A stretch of 64,000 nt of DNA from Methanolinea sp. (lineage in GTDB: Archaea > Halobacteriota > Methanomicrobia > Methanomicrobiales > Methanospirillaceae): the NCBI GenBank assembly GCA_024518585.1, contig JANIHI010000008.1:6989-70988 (forward strand), given 5' to 3'. The notes under the pieces are model-generated. The model saw only the letters and a list, made by a program, of their open reading frames with translations. It ran no database searches and was not told the DNA's origin. Made by a program: the position numbers and the translations under genes. How positions within the stretch are numbered: position 1 is the stretch's first letter; each line of letters starts with the position of its first letter. Shown here in pieces: positions 58,717 to 64,000 of the stretch.

Positions 58717-59547
58717 ATGAGATCGGCTGTTTTTTTTCTGCTCTGTCTGTTCTGCCTGGTCAATGGCACGGCAGCGTATGAACTGACCATCAATGCCCCT
58801 GCAGAAGTCCGGGCCGGGGCACCGCTCGAGGTAACGGGGAATACGACGTTTCCAGCCGGGACGCAGTTTGACCTCGTCCTCTACTACCTCCAGACGACAA
58901 TGCCCGAGATCGTCGCCCAAAAGATCATCATCGTTGATGAATCACGGTCATTCCAGGCATCATTCCCGACCATGGGACTGACACCGGGAGATTACAAGCT
59001 GGAGGTGCGTTTCCCGAGGGACCCGGGGTCACGGTTGAGTTCAAGCTCAGTGACGACCCGCATTGTACGGATCACGGACAGGTCAGGCGAGATTGAGATC
59101 ACATCGGACAGAAACCAGGTGATAGGAGATGCCCTGCGGATCGAGGGATACATGCCGAAGGCAGGGGTGACCACCCTGACCCTGAAGATAACGGGGCCGC
59201 AGGGCAGAGTCCTCCCCCCGCAGGATGTCAGGACAACGACCCGCCTTGGAAAGGATGAGGGGTATTTCTCCCTTGTTATCCCGGTTGGGGAGAGAGGTAA
59301 CTACTACGTCGACTTTTCAGATACTAAGGGGTATATAACGACGGTCCGGTTCACGGTCGAATCTTCCCCGGGAGCGACGCCGGTCCCTTCGGAAGAGGTC
59401 CATGACCACCAGGCGGAAGTGACCGTTCCCCGCAGTTCATCAATTCCTCTCCCCCTTGCAGGATCCATCGGCGGGCTCCTGATTGCATCGGGCCTTTCGT
59501 ACAGGAAGGTGAGAAAAATGGGAGAAAGAACGCAGAAAAAATACTGA
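58717..59547 (+). CDS. Secreted/surface protein with a C-terminal membrane anchor
   Basis: Signal peptide, Ig-like beta-rich repeats (VTGNTTFPAGT, PGDYKLEV), Pro/Thr linker, TM and basic tail. Confidence 0.75.
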   Translation: MRSAVFFLLCLFCLVNGTAAYELTINAPAEVRAGAPLEVTGNTTFPAGTQFDLVLYYLQTTMPEIVAQKIIIVDESRSFQASFPTMGLTPGDYKLEVRFPRDPGSRLSSSSVTTRIVRITDRSGEIEITSDRNQVIGDALRIEGYMPKAGVTTLTLKITGPQGRVLPPQDVRTTTRLGKDEGYFSLVIPVGERGNYYVDFSDTKGYITTVRFTVESSPGATPVPSEEVHDHQAEVTVPRSSSIPLPLAGSIGGLLIASGLSYRKVRKMGERTQKKY

Positions 59548-59702
59548 TACACTACCTTTTTTTCCTTTGGGGGTTACCCCAGTTATTCTTAAAAATTATG
59601 CACAAAAAAACGTATTTTCGATAGTGATTTTGCAAAACGCAGGGATTATATTCGTCCTTCTTTGCCGGGGATGTGGATTGAAGGGTTTTTGGGCTGGTCA
59701 GT

Positions 59703-60341
59703 TTACTGCATCCTTCTCCATACCGCGACTTCGTAGAGGAGAAGGAGGAAGGTGACCATGACACCGCCAAGGAAGAACGCGAGGACGACCTCCGTGGGAA
59801 AAGCAGGGGCTGCCGGGACAGGGACAGCTGCGCGTTCGGCCATGATACCGACTGCCTTTTCTGCCTGGAAGGCTGCATCACCCCGCGGTGCCCCCTCCGA
59901 AAAGAAAGTCGAGGCCGCAAGGATTGCGTAGCTTGCCAGGGAGGCAAGGGCCACAACACCGAAGAGCGCAGCATACTTGAGGAGTATCGAGCGGATATTC
60001 GGCGTCTTTGGTGCCATGATGAGCAACTGGTTGCGAAGTCCGTACACCTTGACCTGCCTGCCTTTCACGCTGTACTTCACGTTCTTTACTTCAATCAGAC
60101 CAGCGTCAAGCAGGTTCTCGATGTGGTACTTGATGGTGCCCATCGGCATGGTAAGGGATGCTGCAAGGTCGCCTGAAGTCTGAGGTCCCTTCTCAAGGGC
60201 GTGGAGGATATCACTGGCAGCCTGGCTCGCAATTGCCTTCCCGATTTTTTGGGCCCTCTCGTCCCCGGGGAGGAGGATGACCAGGTCAGCGTCTGCCGGA
60301 TGCGTTTCCTGTCCCGTGCCGCTCCCTTCCTCCCCGTGCAC
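59703..60341 (-). CDS. Membrane-tethered ArsR-family HTH regulator
   Basis: IGKAIAS...DILHAL...TIKYHIENLLDAGLI...KVY winged helix, plus two C-terminal TM helices. Confidence 0.85.
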   Translation of the reverse strand: MHGEEGSGTGQETHPADADLVILLPGDERAQKIGKAIASQAASDILHALEKGPQTSGDLAASLTMPMGTIKYHIENLLDAGLIEVKNVKYSVKGRQVKVYGLRNQLLIMAPKTPNIRSILLKYAALFGVVALASLASYAILAASTFFSEGAPRGDAAFQAEKAVGIMAERAAVPVPAAPAFPTEVVLAFFLGGVMVTFLLLLYEVAVWRRMQ

Positions 60342-60356
60342 AACTACCTACTCCCA

Positions 60357-63098
60357 TCACGGACCAAGGGCCGCGAGGATCTTTTCCCTCCCGGCTTCGA
60401 GGGCGCGCTCAATCTTATCAACGGCAGGCCCTCCCCCCCGGGCAAGCGCCGGAGACCCGCCCCCCTTTCCACCGAGGATACTGCAGACCGGCCCGATAAT
60501 TTCACCTGCATTGACCCTGTCCGTCCCGGACATCACGAGGACGGTTGCCTGCTCCGACCCGCTGGCAAGGAGGGCGACTCCCCCCTGGGCAGAGATATCA
60601 CTTGCGATGGCCGCAAGTTCCTTGGGCGAGAGGTCTATCCGCCTCACGAGGATCAAAACACCATTCACAGTCTCGGGGACGAGGGACTTCCTCTCGAGCT
60701 CCGCGATATGAAGGCGAAGCCGTTCTATCTCCTTCTTCTGGTTCTTCCACTCCGAGAAAAACCGGCTCACTGTCGCAGGGAGGTACTCGTACTGCACAGA
60801 GAGGACTTCTGACGCCTGGGCAAGGATCTTTTCAACACGCTGGACGTGTTCGACCGCCGCCAAACCGGCTGCAAATTCGAGCCGCTCTATCCCGTCCTGG
60901 ATGTGTTCCACGCGGATGACCTTGATGAAACCAACGTCTCCCGTTGTCCGGCAGTGCGTTCCGGCACAGGCTTCCACGTCACCAGCGACCTGGACAACGC
61001 GGATGTCCTTGCCGGGCGGAACACCGCCCTGGTACAGGGAAAACCCATAGAGCTGTTCGGCACGTGTCCGGTCGAGGTACTTGACATCCACCGGCAGATC
61101 TGCCATGACCATGCGGTTAGCAGCAATCTCAATTCTCCGGAGTTCGTCGGGCGTGATATGCTTGTAGTGACGGATGTCGAGCCGGGAACTCTCCGGGCCT
61201 TTCTGTGCCCCGGCCTGGTGGACATGGGCGCCGAGGACTTCCTTTGCGGCATGGAGGAGGATGTGGGTTGCCGTATGGTGGCGCATGAGAGACCACCGGC
61301 GTTCCTCGTCAACGATGCCCTTCACGCGGTCCCCCCGGCGCAGGATCCCGCCGGTCACGTGGTGGACGATGACGTCGCCTACTTTCTGGACGTCATCGAC
61401 CTTGACCATGCTCTCGGCCGATATCAGCATGCCGGTATCCGATGGCTGCCCGCCCCCCTCGGGGTAAAAGATCGTCTGGTCCATGACCACGTACCCGTCG
61501 AAGAAGTCGATGACCACGGCATCGAACTCCATGTCGGAAGGCTGCTCATAGTACAGTTTCCGGGTGGCGGGCAGCGCGGAAATCCGGTCCCGGTACTGGG
61601 CAAAGGGGTCTTTCTCTTCTTCAGGCTCCGACTCGGAGTGCATGTCCGCAATGAGCGAGTAGAAATTATCCGGCAACTCGACGACTGCCCCCTCGGCGGT
61701 CGCCACCTCCCTGATGATCTCTGGTGGTATCCCGTGGGAGTCGTACAGCGTGATCACTTCCTTGAGGGGGACCCGTTCACGCTTGGTCTTGTAGGTCCGG
61801 GCTATTCTCTGGACTATCTTTGTGCCCCTCTCCAGGGTGGCGTTACTCTTTTCCACCTCACGCTCCACTATCTCCCGCACGGTGCCGATGTCCTGTTCAA
61901 AGGCCGCCGTACCGACGATCTTCATCTGCTGCTCGATCAGGTCGGCGAGGGGTACCTGTATCCCGAGTTCCTTCATCATGCGGAGTGTCCGGCGCAGAAC
62001 AAGTCGGACAAGGTAACCTTCCCTGACATTCGAGGGGACAATGCAGTCACCGAGCATGTAGGCAAGGCAGCGCGTGTGGTCCACGATAGCATACACCTTC
62101 TCGATCGGCGCGATCATCCTGTCCAGGCGCTCGATGGGGACATCGATGGCAGTCGCAACCTTCTTGCGCAGCTGCCAGAGGTTGGTACCCGAAATATCCA
62201 TTACCCCTGCAAACCTCGCGTTCAGCGAGAGGATCCGCGTGTATTCCTTGTCTTCCAGGGCGTGGGCCAGTCCCGCAGCTTCCATGACCCTGCTTACCAT
62301 CTCAGGGAAGACCGCATCGTAGATCGTGGGAGACCCGCGAGATGCCCAGACCAGCCTCTCGAGGCCATAACCCGTGTCAACGATGTAATTGGGCATGGGG
62401 TAATACGTCTCGCCGGCCAGTTCTATCCCGGGTTTCCCCGTCTTTTGACGGCCGAGGTTCATGAAGACGAGCGTTGCGACTTCCAGTCCCCCGATCAACA
62501 CTTCAAGGCTCGGACCGGCGTTGCCTCCCCCTATCCAGGGGTGTTCCTTGTATGTGACGGAATTGAGGTCTCCACCGATGGAGGAGAGGAATTTCTCGCA
62601 CAGTTCCACGGTTTTTTCTTTCCAGTAGACCTCTTCGCCCTCCCGGTTGAATGCATGGTGTGCCATCATTTCAAAGAGGGTGAGGTGCCGGCCGGAACGC
62701 CCGACCGAATCGAGGTCATTGAGCCTGATGCAGGGCTGCGATATGGTGAGGGGGTTTGCAGGCGGGGGGACGATCCCTCCCGTGACCCATGGCTGGAAAT
62801 CGGCTATGGAGGCGATGGTCAGGTATATGTCATCCCTCCAGCGCGCTGCAACAGGGTAGCGGGATATGCGGGTGTGCCCGTTTTGTTCGAAGAAGGAGAG
62901 GAATGCTTCCCTCATCTCGTCAACAGTGTGACACCTGAATACCGGGGCCCCGATGAACTTGTAGGTCTCGCAGGGCGCATCCCCGCAGGTCTGGGTGTCA
63001 GGGTTCCGTGTCCAGAACGCCGCGCCACACCTGGAACAGATCCTGCGGGTAAGCCCGTGGGCCCTGAAGTATTCGAGCTGGTATTCTTCTTCGAGCAT
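60357..63098 (-). CDS. alaS: Alanine--tRNA ligase (archaeal type)
   Basis: ASIADFQP, SGRHLTLFEM, DTGYGLER, YPEGGGQPSD, HTATH, ACAGTH and GGKGGG motifs. Confidence 0.97.
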   Translation of the reverse strand: MLEEEYQLEYFRAHGLTRRICSRCGAAFWTRNPDTQTCGDAPCETYKFIGAPVFRCHTVDEMREAFLSFFEQNGHTRISRYPVAARWRDDIYLTIASIADFQPWVTGGIVPPPANPLTISQPCIRLNDLDSVGRSGRHLTLFEMMAHHAFNREGEEVYWKEKTVELCEKFLSSIGGDLNSVTYKEHPWIGGGNAGPSLEVLIGGLEVATLVFMNLGRQKTGKPGIELAGETYYPMPNYIVDTGYGLERLVWASRGSPTIYDAVFPEMVSRVMEAAGLAHALEDKEYTRILSLNARFAGVMDISGTNLWQLRKKVATAIDVPIERLDRMIAPIEKVYAIVDHTRCLAYMLGDCIVPSNVREGYLVRLVLRRTLRMMKELGIQVPLADLIEQQMKIVGTAAFEQDIGTVREIVEREVEKSNATLERGTKIVQRIARTYKTKRERVPLKEVITLYDSHGIPPEIIREVATAEGAVVELPDNFYSLIADMHSESEPEEEKDPFAQYRDRISALPATRKLYYEQPSDMEFDAVVIDFFDGYVVMDQTIFYPEGGGQPSDTGMLISAESMVKVDDVQKVGDVIVHHVTGGILRRGDRVKGIVDEERRWSLMRHHTATHILLHAAKEVLGAHVHQAGAQKGPESSRLDIRHYKHITPDELRRIEIAANRMVMADLPVDVKYLDRTRAEQLYGFSLYQGGVPPGKDIRVVQVAGDVEACAGTHCRTTGDVGFIKVIRVEHIQDGIERLEFAAGLAAVEHVQRVEKILAQASEVLSVQYEYLPATVSRFFSEWKNQKKEIERLRLHIAELERKSLVPETVNGVLILVRRIDLSPKELAAIASDISAQGGVALLASGSEQATVLVMSGTDRVNAGEIIGPVCSILGGKGGGSPALARGGGPAVDKIERALEAGREKILAALGP

Positions 63099-63154
63099 AA
63101 AACCACGTGTTCTGATTTAATTCGGCTTTAAACGATAAAAATTGTTGGATTCAC

Positions 63155-63484
63155 TTAGCCCTTCCCCTTCCACTTCTCCTGGTACCATTCATCGACTGTC
63201 AGAAAAGTATCACACAGGGTGGCGAGGCGCACGGCAAGGATGTGCCAGCAGCACCCCCCGCGGTAGAGGTAATCCTGGCAGGTGCAGAACTCCTCCTCGA
63301 CGACATAATCTCCTGATGATCCCCTGACCACGATGAAGTCACGGAATTTCATGACACGGCCTTTGTCGAGGGCATCGATGGCCTTCCTCCCCCGCTCTCC
63401 ATACACACGGACGAGTTCTGCACGGAGGGCCGGCGAAAGCGCCTTCTCCTCCCTTATTTTTCTCCAGAATTCCTCGGTTTCCAT
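63155..63484 (-). CDS. SWIM zinc-finger protein
   Basis: YVVEEEFCTCQDY...CWHILA (CxC...CxH). Confidence 0.85.
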   Translation of the reverse strand: METEEFWRKIREEKALSPALRAELVRVYGERGRKAIDALDKGRVMKFRDFIVVRGSSGDYVVEEEFCTCQDYLYRGGCCWHILAVRLATLCDTFLTVDEWYQEKWKGKG

Positions 63485-64000
63485 GCGTTGACAACCGGCC
63501 TGTCATCGATGTAAGACCAGCCCATTTTTTCCGCGAGGTATTTCATGCCAGGGGCCTCGAGGGCATAGTGCGTCGCCTCTATGAGTGGCAGGGGGGAGGA
63601 GCGGGCAATAGAGTGCTTCAAGTCCGCAGAAAGGAACGATTCTGCCCCTCTATCCACTGCTTCGGTGATGAGCACCGGGTCGAAGGCCGCGCCTCCCGCG
63701 ACGGCAAGTCTCCCGGGCAGCGGCGGTGTGCCATATACGATCAGCGGGGACATGAGCCTGTCGGAGACTTCCTGGACCGTGAGAGGGCAGTCACCCACAA
63801 TCCCGAGGGACAGGCGGGAGGAGTCAGACATTCCGAGAACCTCCGCGAGTGCATCGTTTATGCCGCCGGATGCATGGTCGAAATTCGAGTGCATCACAAA
63901 GAGATGCATCCCGGAAGAGAGCAGGAGACGCATGAGACCGGCGAGGGGCCCGGTCAGGGACGTGACAGGTGACCACAGGGGAGTGTGATGCACCACGAGT
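63454..64000 (-). CDS. Nif3-like dinuclear metal centre protein, 5' end outside the window
   Basis: VHHTP, HSNFDHA.GGIND, LKH and THYALE motifs. Confidence 0.88.
   Translation of the reverse strand, partial: LVVHHTPLWSPVTSLTGPLAGLMRLLLSSGMHLFVMHSNFDHASGGINDALAEVLGMSDSSRLSLGIVGDCPLTVQEVSDRLMSPLIVYGTPPLPGRLAVAGGAAFDPVLITEAVDRGAESFLSADLKHSIARSSPLPLIEATHYALEAPGMKYLAEKMGWSYIDDRPVVNAWKPRNSGEK

Noticed and set aside
59550..59700. AT-rich gap between convergent genes with a TTTTGCAAAA palindrome
   Set aside because: Consistent with bidirectional T-rich terminators; there is no further support for an sRNA.
60846..63131. 761-aa plus-strand ORF antisense to alaS
   Set aside because: Shadow ORF expected from GC-rich codon bias; it has no recognisable motifs and fully overlaps an essential gene.
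1..64000. CRISPR arrays, tRNA/rRNA genes, transposases, integrases
   Set aside because: No regularly spaced repeats, cloverleaf or rRNA-like segments, or recombinase motifs were recognised by eye. A tRNAscan/Infernal run would be needed to exclude small RNAs.

Overview
GC-rich archaeal DNA whose gene content (AqpM-type aquaporin, DUF2193/DUF2180, connectase/DUF2121, Mbh hydrogenase, archaeal AlaS, TATA-type promoters) suggests a hydrogenotrophic methanogen, probably Methanomicrobiales; the taxonomy is inferred. In order, the window holds: CHAD + ppk1 (polyphosphate); a large metalloid/redox-stress island (DUF2193-DUF2180-aquaporin, ArsP-like permease, thioredoxin-like, DGC, Acr3, USP, radical SAM/SPASM, DUF169, second Acr3-like carrier, MFS); MarR-MATE; an ABC exporter; an AOR-MoeB-MoaD-CooS-CooC-ferredoxin block; CcdA-thioredoxin; a CHASE4 kinase; a split Liv-type ABC system; connectase; a decaying sulfur-handling module; a complete 14-gene Mrp-Mbh [NiFe] hydrogenase with HycI; PAPS-reductase-like/hisH; an uncharacterised six-gene operon; a membrane-tethered ArsR-family regulator; alaS; a SWIM protein; and Nif3. 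The six-gene operon encodes a stand-alone CDC48 N-domain protein, four coiled-coil proteins (three sharing a YxDR...IxEWxL motif) and a FYVE-like Zn finger. The best candidates for undescribed systems are this operon and a putative TTCA-N8-TGAA regulon linking the DUF2193 operon, the arsenic-type island, AOR/CODH and CcdA. No rRNA, tRNA, CRISPR array or transposase was recognised. All family assignments come from motif recognition by eye, not from database searches.
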